From an uncultured Rikenellaceae bacterium (lineage in GTDB: Bacteria; Bacteroidota; Bacteroidia; Bacteroidales; VadinHA17): a DNA stretch of 33,222 bases. Position numbers and translations under genes: made by a program. Under the pieces are notes generated by a model. That model searched no databases and had not been told where the DNA came from. It saw only the letters and a list, made by a program, of their open reading frames with translations. The stretch is taken from NCBI GenBank assembly GCA_964515985.1, contig CAZEWS010000006.1:1-33222 (forward strand). The letters run 5' to 3'. Below are positions 18,981 to 26,850 of this stretch, piece by piece (within the stretch, counting starts at the first letter, position 1; each line of letters starts with the position of its first letter).

Positions 18981-19209
18981 CTTAATTCAATTAAATTAAA
19001 TTTTACTTTTTATTCTATTCTATTATTTCAGCAGATGTAGTTAAACTTTGCACAGGTGTATCGCTAGTTAGAGTCTGTCCATAAAGTCTCGAAATTTCTG
19101 TAGATTTGAATATTGAACAAGGAATGCTGATTTCTGATTTACAATGTATCCTTTTTGAATTTGCAAAGTAATAATAATTTTATTACACAACCAAGATATT
19201 GTCAGTCTT

Positions 19210-20163
19210 TCAACGATTCTCACCAATGAGACCCCTTCCACGTTTTACAATTTTCTTTTCCTGCTTCAGCTCATGAATGATTTTATCTAAAATCCCATTG
19301 ATAAAATTACTGCTTTTTGAAGTGCTGTAATATTTCGAAATTTCAATATACTCGTTAAAACTTACTTTGGTTGGAATTTCCGGAAATTCTATTATCTCAG
19401 CTATTGCCAATTGCATTACCAAAATATCCATAAAAGCAATACGGTCTATTTCCCAGTTTTGTGTATGCCGATCAATTAAAAGCCTGTATTCTTCCCCGTT
19501 TAAAATTGTTTTGCTAAATAATTGTTTTACAAAATATTTATCGTCTTCATTTTTATACATTCCCATTAATGGCATATTTTCATCCGAATCATCCTGAAAT
19601 CTTTTAATGGTTTTAATGACCATATTAATTACAAATTCCATATCATCGTTCCAGTAGATGCTCTGTTCCTCCAGGTTCTGGAATAATTCTTCTGACTGGA
19701 TAATCAAGTTTGAGTATATTTGGATTATTATCTTTCTGTCAGCCGTGTAAGAGTCTTCCTTGCTTTCAAGATATGATATATAATCTTCTGAATCGATTAT
19801 TTTTAAATAAAGATTTTTGATTAATTCAGGATAATTCTTCCAGTTTAATTTATTTAAGGAGAGAAAATTATTTAAATGCTTGTTAACCCTGAACTGCTTT
19901 ATTAACAGATTATTAATAAACCTTGTGTTCGGATTTAGATCTTCAAGTGTAGGTATCTTTTTTCCCCTGGAAAGTTCGATCCGCTCGTTGGCATAATCGA
20001 TAATTTCCACCAGAAGTAAAAACAGGTAGTGATATAATTCATAGGCCTTGTTTATACTAAAGAATAATTGCTTTTCTGAATGGGCAATTGATTCACTATT
20101 TGACTTATAATGAGCATAAAGGGTCTGTAATATCTTAACCCGGAGTAACCTTCTGCTTAACAT
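19210..20163 (-). CDS. nusB: transcription antitermination factor NusB (long Bacteroidota form)
   Basis: N-terminal RRLLRVKILQTLYA and C-terminal NFINGILDKI motifs. Confidence 0.85.
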   Translation of the reverse strand: MLSRRLLRVKILQTLYAHYKSNSESIAHSEKQLFFSINKAYELYHYLFLLLVEIIDYANERIELSRGKKIPTLEDLNPNTRFINNLLIKQFRVNKHLNNFLSLNKLNWKNYPELIKNLYLKIIDSEDYISYLESKEDSYTADRKIIIQIYSNLIIQSEELFQNLEEQSIYWNDDMEFVINMVIKTIKRFQDDSDENMPLMGMYKNEDDKYFVKQLFSKTILNGEEYRLLIDRHTQNWEIDRIAFMDILVMQLAIAEIIEFPEIPTKVSFNEYIEISKYYSTSKSSNFINGILDKIIHELKQEKKIVKRGRGLIGENR

Positions 20164-20196
20164 ATTTAAAAGAACTGGAATACATAGTAGTTAATG

Positions 20197-20204
20197 CAAA
20201 TGTA
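20197..20204 (-). promoter_or_regulatory. candidate -7 box TAcaTTTG for the nusB operon
   Basis: Reverse complement of caaatgta, 34 nt upstream of ATG 20163. Confidence 0.4.
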
Positions 20205-20292
20205 ATTATTTTTTCAAGTTGAGCAAAAATGGTCTTATTTACTATTTTCACGTTTTATTAGGGTTCTGTTACTTAAATAAAAAATTATTTTA

Positions 20293-20300
20293 TACATTTG
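20293..20300 (+). promoter_or_regulatory. candidate -7 box TAcaTTTG
   Basis: 33 nt upstream of ATG 20333. Confidence 0.4.
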
Positions 20301-20332
20301 ACCGTCAAATTATTCTAACTACATAAAAATCA

Positions 20333-20740
20333 ATGAAGATGGAAGATGAATTAGAAAAAAAGGAAGAACTTGAAAAAAGCGAAGAATCTGAGAAATTCGA
20401 AAGGGAAGAAATTTTCTCAAGAGCAGTAAGAGCTGGAAAAAGGACTTATTTCTTCGATGTAAAAGCAACCCGAAGAAATGACTTATACCTGACCATTACT
20501 GAAAGTAAAAAACGTTTTAATCGTGATGGTAGGTTCTACTATGAGAAGCACAAAATCTTTCTGTACAAAGAAGATTTTGACAAATTTTCAGAAGGTTTAT
20601 CTGAAGTGGTAAATTTCATCAAATCATCTAAAAATGAACCTATTGAAAATGAAGAAATAAAAAAGCCGGATGCAGACGATACATTAGTTGAAAACTATAC
20701 CAATGTAGAGTTTGAAGACCTGGAAGAAAAGAAGGAATAA
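20333..20740 (+). CDS. DUF3276 (PUR-alpha-like nucleic-acid-binding) protein
   Basis: RAGKRTYFFDVKATRRNDLYLTITESKK and HKIFLYKEDFDKF are typical of the family. Confidence 0.75.
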   Translation: MKMEDELEKKEELEKSEESEKFEREEIFSRAVRAGKRTYFFDVKATRRNDLYLTITESKKRFNRDGRFYYEKHKIFLYKEDFDKFSEGLSEVVNFIKSSKNEPIENEEIKKPDADDTLVENYTNVEFEDLEEKKE

Positions 20741-20742
20741 AT

Positions 20743-20772
20743 AAAAAAAGTCCCGGTTGGGGCTTTTTTTTT
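20743..20772 (+). terminator. rho-independent terminator
   Basis: AAAAAAGTCCC-GGTT-GGGGCTTTTTTTTT starts 3 nt after the stop codon. Confidence 0.65.
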
Positions 20773-20820
20773 GTACATCTTTTTATGATTAAGGCATAAC
20801 ATTTTTAAAAAATTGCTACA

Positions 20821-21118
20821 ATGAACCAGATTGTATACAAGCCAATCGGGTATATTCAAACTCCATTCCAACGACCTGAGAATATGCCGATACAGCCAAG
20901 TGCCGCCGAAGGAACTACAGGTAAAGTGGTTCTGTATCATGATTTTACAGCAGGATTAAAAGATCTGGAAGGTTTTTCACATGCTTATCTAATCTATCAT
21001 TTACATTATTAAACCCTTCATTCCTAATTTTGACAATCCGGAGAAAGTCAAAACCGGATGGTTCGCTAAAGTAAGTTCAAATTTTCCCAAACGAAAATCA
21101 GATAACCGGTTTAACTAA
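20821..21118 (+). pseudogene. trmO: tRNA methyltransferase TrmO/TsaA (YaeB family) remnant with internal deletion and frameshift
   Basis: N-terminal YKPIGYIQTPF...GKVVLYHDF..LEGFSHAYLIYHLH stops at 21012. A C-terminal-type KPFIPNFDNPEKVKTGWF... continues in the +1 frame to the stop at 21116-21118. The central RSPxRPNPIG region is absent. Confidence 0.65.
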
Positions 21119-21620
21119 GTAAAGCTGCAAGCTTTAAGTTACAAGCTAATTTCGACTCTTCCGTTCCCGGTTCTCAGTTCCCGGTTCCTGGTTCCTTTTT
21201 TCTTGTTTCTACTTGGTTCTCTACACTACGCGCTTTGTGCTTTTTCCAGCCGAATACAATTCGGCTCTATATTTCGGTCTAAGCTCCCCACCACATCTGC
21301 GTACTGCTTACTGCCTACTTCTGCTGCAACTACTAACTCTTCTCTCCAATCAGTATTCACTTTTTCCCCTGTTAAATGCTACTTCGCAGCAGTGCCCGCC
21401 TGACTTATTCCTGCCCGATTCAGGCCCTGTGAAATCGAATATTATTTCACTGGGCAGGCGGGTTCGTCATTCGAATAATCGTCAATCATTTATCAAACAC
21501 CCGGCACCCAGTATCCCAGCCCGTACCAATCGGCACGTTCGGGCGGGCAGCACCTTGCACCTAACACCCCAGTGAAATATGCTCCTTCGTCGCATTTCAC
21601 GGGGCAGGCCCAAAATCTTC
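21119..21620. repeat. mosaic intergenic repeat cluster C
   Basis: The 24-mer at 21163-21186 is identical to 10901-10924. Also contains the GCCGAATACAATTCGGC module (21249-21272), a nested hairpin (21395-21462) and a CCCCAGTGAAAT hairpin (21567-21604). Confidence 0.85.
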
Positions 21621-21914
21621 CTAACCGTATTTCTCCATTTTTTCCTCAATCGTTACATCCTGGTTTATTCTGCTATGGATCTTTAAATTAGCCAAAATCT
21701 CCGATGCACCGTTTTCGAAACAGTTTACCTGAACTTCTTTTATAAGTTCCATGATTTGGTCATAGTCTCCCTCTAGTACCGTTTCAAAAGGACAAACCAT
21801 GAATTTTATGCCAGACTCCTGAATAACCTGGATTGCGGCATCAATTATTTTATACGAATGAATGTTTTTAGCTGTAGGTAAAATTTGGATCGCTACGTTC
21901 ACTTTATTTTTCAT
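21621..21914 (-). CDS. MTH1187/YkoF-family thiamine-binding protein (DUF77)
   Basis: VNVAIQILP...CPFETVLEG pattern. The track start 21974 lies upstream of a TAtaTTTG box, so ATG 21914 is preferred. Confidence 0.75.
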   Translation of the reverse strand: MKNKVNVAIQILPTAKNIHSYKIIDAAIQVIQESGIKFMVCPFETVLEGDYDQIMELIKEVQVNCFENGASEILANLKIHSRINQDVTIEEKMEKYG

Positions 21915-21962
21915 AATGATTCGTTTAAATTGAAATAAGTTTATGGGTTTCGGGTTTATTTT

Positions 21963-21970
21963 CAAATATA
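21963..21970 (-). promoter_or_regulatory. candidate -7 box TAtaTTTG
   Basis: Reverse complement of caaatata, 49 nt upstream of ATG 21914. Confidence 0.35.
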
Positions 21971-22227
21971 GCATCGTCCAGCTTTCATTCTTCTAACTCC
22001 ACTCATTATTCTTTCCTGTAAATATAAAAAAATCCTAAAAATTTTCACTATGCTAATCTAAAGGAAGGAGTTCTTCGGACAAACTTTTTTAACATAAACA
22101 CATGAATACATTCACACACAAAAACTTCTTAAACAATTTAGCAGTTTAGCCATTTATCAAACAACCAGTATCCAGCAACTTCCCCTTCATCTTCTCAACC
22201 TAAATCTCAGCCTTTCCTTCACAGACT

Positions 22228-22253
22228 CTGCCAGGTTTTCCAAACTCTGGCAG
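22228..22253. repeat. CTGCCAG-GTTT-TCC-AAAC-T-CTGGCAG hairpin module
   Basis: Seen directly. This is the third copy with a compensatory inner stem. Confidence 0.8.
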
Positions 22254-22400
22254 GTCTTTTTCAAGTCGAATACAATTCGGCTCTACATCCGCACCTTTCA
22301 CTTTTTACTTTTATCTTTTCTCGTTCAGATCCCTCCTTTTGTCGGGATAAGTTCGACTATTGTTTTTCGCTACACCAGTTTGCGAAAATCAAGTCTCACT

Positions 22401-22408
22401 TACTTTTG
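22401..22408 (+). promoter_or_regulatory. candidate -7 box TActTTTG embedded in repeat motif TACTTTTGCC
   Basis: 129 nt upstream of feoAB. The same 10-mer occurs at 26537 and 26641. Confidence 0.3.
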
Positions 22409-22536
22409 CCTTTGATATTTTTTCTTTATCTTTATTTATTCTATATAAAAATAATAATGAATTGGCATTGCAAGAACAACAAATAAATTGTAGGTATGCC
22501 CTGCCTGAAAAGTGTATAGAAAATTATTTATAATCC

Positions 22537-25047
22537 ATGAATCTTTCGCAATTAAAAACAAACGAAGAAGGAGTCATTACAAAAGTCAGGGGAAGAGGTG
22601 CCTTTAGAAAAAGAATCACCGAGATGGGATTTATTAAGGGCAAGAAGGTAAAAGTGATAAAAAACGCCCCGCTAAAAGACCCCATTGAATACAGTCTTAT
22701 GGGTTATGAAATCTCATTAAGAAGAAGTGAAGCTCAGTTGATTGAGGTAATAACTGAGAAGGAGGCTACTGGTCTTTTTAACAAAAGATTTAATGGAGTA
22801 GAGGCTCAGGCAGGATTAGTTCAGTCAGCTAAAATCAAGGGGAAAAATATAAACGTTGCCCTTGTTGGAAATCCAAATTCCGGAAAAACAACACTTTTTA
22901 ATTATGCTTCACATTCCAGGGAACATGTTGGAAATTACGGTGGTGTTACTGTCGGTTCAAAAGCTGCAAAATTCCGACAGGAAGGATACACCTTCAATGT
23001 TGTAGATTTACCAGGCACATACTCTCTTTCAGCCTACTCACCCGAGGAACTATATGTTCGGAAGTTTATCTTTGGCGAAACACCAGACGTTTTAATCAAT
23101 ATTGTTGACGCTTCAAATCTGGAAAGGAACTTATACCTTACCACGCAATTAATTGATATGGATGTGAAGGTAATTATCGCACTGAATATGTATGATGAAC
23201 TCCAAAAACGAGGCGACCAATTTGACTATGAATCACTGGGAAAAATGATGGGGATACCTATTGTTCCCACAATCAGTTCAAAAGGACATGGTATTAAGGA
23301 ATTATTTAAAAAAGTAATTGATGTTTATGAAGACAAGGAACCGCTTGTCCGTCACATACATATAAATTATGGAAAGGAAGTTGAAAAATCCTTGAAGATC
23401 ATTCAAGACGAGATATGGAAGAATAAAAGCCTGACCGATATGGTTTCTTCCAGATTTTATGCACTGAAGCTTATCGAGAAAGATAAATCAGCTCACTTTT
23501 CACTTTCAAGATGGCCGAATTATAACGAGATAAAGGGAATTGCCGAGAATGAAATCGAAAGACTGGAAAAAATGTTTCATGAGGATAGCGAGACATTAAT
23601 AACCGATGCCAAATATGGATTTATCTCAGGTGCTTTGAAAGAAACCCTGATAAGTGGCCAACATAAACGAAATACAACTGACATTATTGATGCTTTTATT
23701 ACACACAAACTTTTCGGATTTCCCATATTCTTTCTCCTCATTTTTATTATGTTCTTTGCTACATTCGAATTAGGTCAGTATCCTATGAATTGGTTGGATC
23801 AATCCATTGTTTTATTTTCGGGATGGTTACAATCAATTATACCTGCCGGAGCGCTGAAAGATCTTTTAATCAATGGAATTATTGGAGGAGTCGGCAGTGT
23901 AATTGTTTTTCTTCCGAATATTTTAATCCTGTTTTTCTTCATTTCGTTGATGGAAGATACCGGCTACATGGCACGTGCTGCCTTTATTATGGATAAAATC
24001 ATGCATAAAATCGGGTTACACGGACGGTCATTTATTCCCTTGATAATGGGTTTTGGTTGTAATGTCCCGGCCATTATGGCTACAAGAACCATAGAGAACA
24101 GAAATAATCGCCTGGTAACCATGCTGATTAACCCTTTTATGTCATGTAGTGCCAGACTACCCGTATATATTCTGGTCATTGGAGCATTCTTCCCTAAGCA
24201 TCCGGGACTGGTTTTATTTATTATATATCTGATTGGCATCTTCATAGCAGCTACGGTGGCAAAAATATTAAAGAAAACTTTCTTTCGAACAGAGGAAATC
24301 CCTTTTGTTATGGAATTGCCATCATACCGCGTACCTACCCTAAAATCAACACTAAAGCATATGTGGTACAAAGGTGAACAATACCTGAAAAAAATGGGAG
24401 GGGTTATATTAATTGCATCCATTTTGATTTGGGCATTGGGATATTATCCAAAAAACGTCGCCTATTCCATCGACTACGATACCACTATTAGCACTCATGA
24501 AAGCCAGTATAACCAAGTATTAGAAAGCGTTAAGTTTGAAAACCCTGACAGATATTACCAAGTTTTAAAGGAAAAAAACGGAGTCATTCGTTCTCTCTTA
24601 CTGGCAAAAGAATCTGAAAAACAGGAAAAATCATACATAGGACAAATAGGTCAGTTCATAAAACCGGTACTCAAACCTCTTGGATTTGACTGGAAAATGG
24701 GTGTTAGCCTGTTAACAGGGATTGCCGCTAAAGAAGTTGTTGTAAGTACAATGGGTGTTTTATACCAGGCTGGAGCTGATATTGATGAAAAATCAGAAAC
24801 GCTAATTGGAAAAATAAGAGATCAAACATACACAAACGGGATTCGCTCCGGTGAAAAAGTTTATACTCCCGTTATCGCTTTCGGGTTTCTGATGTTTATA
24901 TTAATTTACTTCCCGTGTGTGGCAGTTATTGTTGCCATTAAAAAAGAATCAGGTAGCTGGAAATGGGCTTTATTTACCATATTTTATACCACATCACTTG
25001 CCTGGTTTGTTGCATTTGTTGTTTATCAGATAGGAAGTTTATTTTAA
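22537..25047 (+). CDS. feoB: ferrous iron transporter, FeoA-FeoB fusion
   Basis: N-terminal FeoA SH3-like domain (GVITKVRG...GFIKGKKVKVIK), G-domain VALVGNPNSGKTTLFN and DLPG, and a multi-TM C-terminal region. Confidence 0.95.
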   Translation: MNLSQLKTNEEGVITKVRGRGAFRKRITEMGFIKGKKVKVIKNAPLKDPIEYSLMGYEISLRRSEAQLIEVITEKEATGLFNKRFNGVEAQAGLVQSAKIKGKNINVALVGNPNSGKTTLFNYASHSREHVGNYGGVTVGSKAAKFRQEGYTFNVVDLPGTYSLSAYSPEELYVRKFIFGETPDVLINIVDASNLERNLYLTTQLIDMDVKVIIALNMYDELQKRGDQFDYESLGKMMGIPIVPTISSKGHGIKELFKKVIDVYEDKEPLVRHIHINYGKEVEKSLKIIQDEIWKNKSLTDMVSSRFYALKLIEKDKSAHFSLSRWPNYNEIKGIAENEIERLEKMFHEDSETLITDAKYGFISGALKETLISGQHKRNTTDIIDAFITHKLFGFPIFFLLIFIMFFATFELGQYPMNWLDQSIVLFSGWLQSIIPAGALKDLLINGIIGGVGSVIVFLPNILILFFFISLMEDTGYMARAAFIMDKIMHKIGLHGRSFIPLIMGFGCNVPAIMATRTIENRNNRLVTMLINPFMSCSARLPVYILVIGAFFPKHPGLVLFIIYLIGIFIAATVAKILKKTFFRTEEIPFVMELPSYRVPTLKSTLKHMWYKGEQYLKKMGGVILIASILIWALGYYPKNVAYSIDYDTTISTHESQYNQVLESVKFENPDRYYQVLKEKNGVIRSLLLAKESEKQEKSYIGQIGQFIKPVLKPLGFDWKMGVSLLTGIAAKEVVVSTMGVLYQAGADIDEKSETLIGKIRDQTYTNGIRSGEKVYTPVIAFGFLMFILIYFPCVAVIVAIKKESGSWKWALFTIFYTTSLAWFVAFVVYQIGSLF

Positions 25048-25104
25048 TTGAACCAAATACTAAAAAAAAAGACTCTTAAAAACTGAATACTAACGAAAAC
25101 TTCA

Positions 25105-25257
25105 ATGATACAGGAAATTATTGCTTTAACCATAGTACTGTTTGCAGGTATTTATACAATATACCAAACAATCCGATTTTTCTATCCGGCAAAGTCCGTA
25201 AAAGTAAACAGGGGTTGCGGATACTCATGCAGCGGATGTCCGGTTAAATCAAACTAA
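25105..25257 (+). CDS. FeoB-associated Cys-rich membrane peptide (50 aa)
   Basis: Not in the ORF track. MIQEIIALTIVLFAGIYTIYQTIRFFYPAKSVKVNRGCGYSCSGCPVKSN has one TM helix and a CxxxCxxC tail, and starts 57 nt after feoB. Confidence 0.65.
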   Translation: MIQEIIALTIVLFAGIYTIYQTIRFFYPAKSVKVNRGCGYSCSGCPVKSN

Positions 25258-25462
25258 GGCCTTATAAAAAATATTTTCTCTGTTCCAGTCCATGGAACGA
25301 TTTCTCCCGATTGAAAAAAGTATAGCCAGTTAATAAATGTGCCGTAACTGCTATTGTTTATAAGGAGTAAAGCTTTGCTTACGGCGTAATTATCCGGAGG
25401 TTAAATCAGGAATTTCCTTATTCCTAAATACCAACATTCTACCAAAGGTATCTCTTCAGGAC

Positions 25463-25629
25463 ATTATTCCCCTGTAGAAAAAGCTCCTACCCTGATGAAA
25501 TGTTTTCGTACCTCAAATTTCATAGGGCAAGCGTCGCATTTTACCCCGTAGGATAATTATTCCAACGGGGTGAACCCTGCGCAGCAGGAGCAACCTAGTT
25601 GCTGTTTCACAGGGTAGACAGGGTAGGCA
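25463..25629. repeat. composite repeat, an inverted counterpart of 15745-15917
   Basis: It comprises ATTATTCC, the 42-nt module interrupted by a 43-nt hairpin (25491-25533), and a 57-nt segment (25573-25629) that matches the reverse complement of 15745-15801 at 54/57. Confidence 0.8.
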
Positions 25630-25731
25630 TTCTTCCATTTTGCAATCATTCCCTGAATTTCCTAAAATTGTCTATATTTGAAAATTGAGATTTGAAATTT
25701 ATTTGTTTTTTGAATATTGTTTTTTGGTGCT

Positions 25732-25739
25732 TATTTTTG
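25732..25739 (+). promoter_or_regulatory. candidate -7 box TAttTTTG
   Basis: 68 nt upstream of ATG 25807. Confidence 0.35.
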
Positions 25740-25806
25740 AATGATTAAGACTTGATAGACAAGCACTGGTTATACAGGTTCATGTAAACTTCGAATAATA
25801 CTTACT

Positions 25807-26286
25807 ATGCTTGATTTTTTCTTATTAGTTTTCGGAATTATCTTTATGATCATCGGATTATTGGGTTGCATTCTTCCCATAATCCCCGGTCCGCCTCTCA
25901 GTTTTATCGGATTATTGCTGCTTCATTTCACAAAATTTGGTGACTTCACCTTTTCATTCCTGGTTATTATGGGATTTGTAGCTCTTGCCGTTACAATTAT
26001 CGATTACATAGTCCCCGTTTGGGGAACAAAAAAATTCGGAGGGTCAAAGGCAGGAATATGGGGAGCAACCATCGGACTGGTTCTTGGAATTTTCTTTTTT
26101 CCACCCATAGGAATTATCCTGGGACCTTTGACCGGAGCGATCATTGCCGAATCCATTACGGGAAAGGAATTTAATAAATCATTTATAGCCGGCCTTGGCT
26201 CTCTTTTCGGATTCTTAATGGGAGTTGTCATTAAACTAATCGCTTCATTTGTGATGACCTATTACTTTGTAGTAGAACTGTTTTGA
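25807..26286 (+). CDS. DUF456-family membrane protein
   Basis: Four TM helices and the N-terminal GCILPIIPGPPLSFIG motif typical of DUF456. Confidence 0.7.
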   Translation: MLDFFLLVFGIIFMIIGLLGCILPIIPGPPLSFIGLLLLHFTKFGDFTFSFLVIMGFVALAVTIIDYIVPVWGTKKFGGSKAGIWGATIGLVLGIFFFPPIGIILGPLTGAIIAESITGKEFNKSFIAGLGSLFGFLMGVVIKLIASFVMTYYFVVELF

Positions 26287-26371
26287 AAAACCTTACCGTT
26301 AACCGCGCTTGTTATTCAGAGATTAATATCATTAGGTCGTTATTAGCTCGCTTCGCTCGCGTAATTCGATA

Positions 26372-26459
26372 GTCATACAATGGTCATACAATAGTCATAC
26401 AATAGTCATACAATGGTCATACAATGGTCATACGATGGTCATATAGTAGTCATACGATA
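26372..26459 (+). repeat. tandem array 1: 8 x 11 bp, consensus GTCATACAATG
   Basis: Units counted by hand, with 0-3 substitutions per unit. Confidence 0.95.
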
Positions 26460-26558
26460 GTTTACCCTGTGAAATTGCGAAGCAATATTTCATGGGGTCA
26501 TTCAGTAGTAATCTGGTAGTATTACTTTGTACTTTTTACTTTTGCCTTTACTTGATTG

Positions 26559-26635
26559 GTCATACAATGGTCAAACAATAGTCAAACAATGGTCATTCAG
26601 TTGTCATTAGGTTGTAATTAGGTAGTGATTAGGTA
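26559..26635 (+). repeat. tandem array 2: 7 x 11 bp, degenerating from GTCATACAATG to GTGATTAGGTA
   Basis: Counted by hand. Preceded by TTACTTGATTG, as is array 3. Confidence 0.9.
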
Positions 26636-26729
26636 GTTTTTACTTTTGCCTTTTCACCCTGTGAAATACGAAGTAATTTTGCTTGCAAAATTATTTCACT
26701 GGGTAAACTTTTGTCTTTTTACTTGATTG

Positions 26730-26795
26730 GTCATACGATGGTCATACGATTGTCATACAGTAGTCATACGATGGTCATACAGTAGTCATTCAATA
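26730..26795 (+). repeat. tandem array 3: 6 x 11 bp, consensus GTCATACGATG
   Basis: Counted by hand. Preceded by TTACTTGATTG. Confidence 0.95.
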
Positions 26796-26850
26796 GTCTT
26801 TAAAAGTTTGAAAATTGTTGGGTATTAATTAACTAAAAAATCAGATTTCG

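Larger units (their letters stand above)
21975..22536. repeat. mosaic intergenic repeat cluster D (feoAB leader region)
   Basis: The CATTTATCAAACA module (22152-22179) also occurs at 21487-21520. The cluster also carries CATCTTCTCAACC (22188), a CTGCCAG hairpin (22228-22253), the GTCGAATACAATTCGGCTCTACATCCGCACCTTTCAC module (22265-22301) and a TACTTTTGCC box. Confidence 0.85.

Noticed and set aside
18981-19209. Small gene or ncRNA in the nusB-yajC spacer
   Set aside because: There is no ORF longer than a few codons on the minus strand, no convincing structure and no repeat modules. I treated it as a plain spacer.
21424-21455. CRP/FNR-type site (TGTGA...TCACA) in the GTGAAAT hairpins
   Set aside because: Spacing between the half-sites varies from about 8 to 30 nt between copies, instead of the fixed N6 spacing.
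21915-22100. TPP riboswitch upstream of the thiamine-binding-protein gene
   Set aside because: There is no CUGAGA or ACCUGAUCUGGAUAAUGCCAGCG-like core on the minus strand.
22440-22480. Fur box upstream of feoAB (AAATAATAATGAATTGGCATT)
   Set aside because: It matches the 19-bp Fur consensus only over the first 7 positions. The Bacteroidota Fur motif is not well enough known to me to call it.
25491-25527. Hammerhead ribozyme core (CTGATGA followed by GAAA)
   Set aside because: After CUGAUGA there is no stem II followed by the GAAA/stem III arrangement. The CTGATGAAAT is simply a variant arm of the GTGAAAT hairpin family.
26372-26795. Plasmid-type centromere (parC-like) or replication iterons
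   Set aside because: The 11-bp phasing is suggestive, but there is no ParM/ParR, ParA/ParB or Rep gene in the window and the context is chromosomal housekeeping. I kept this only as an analogy in the finding.
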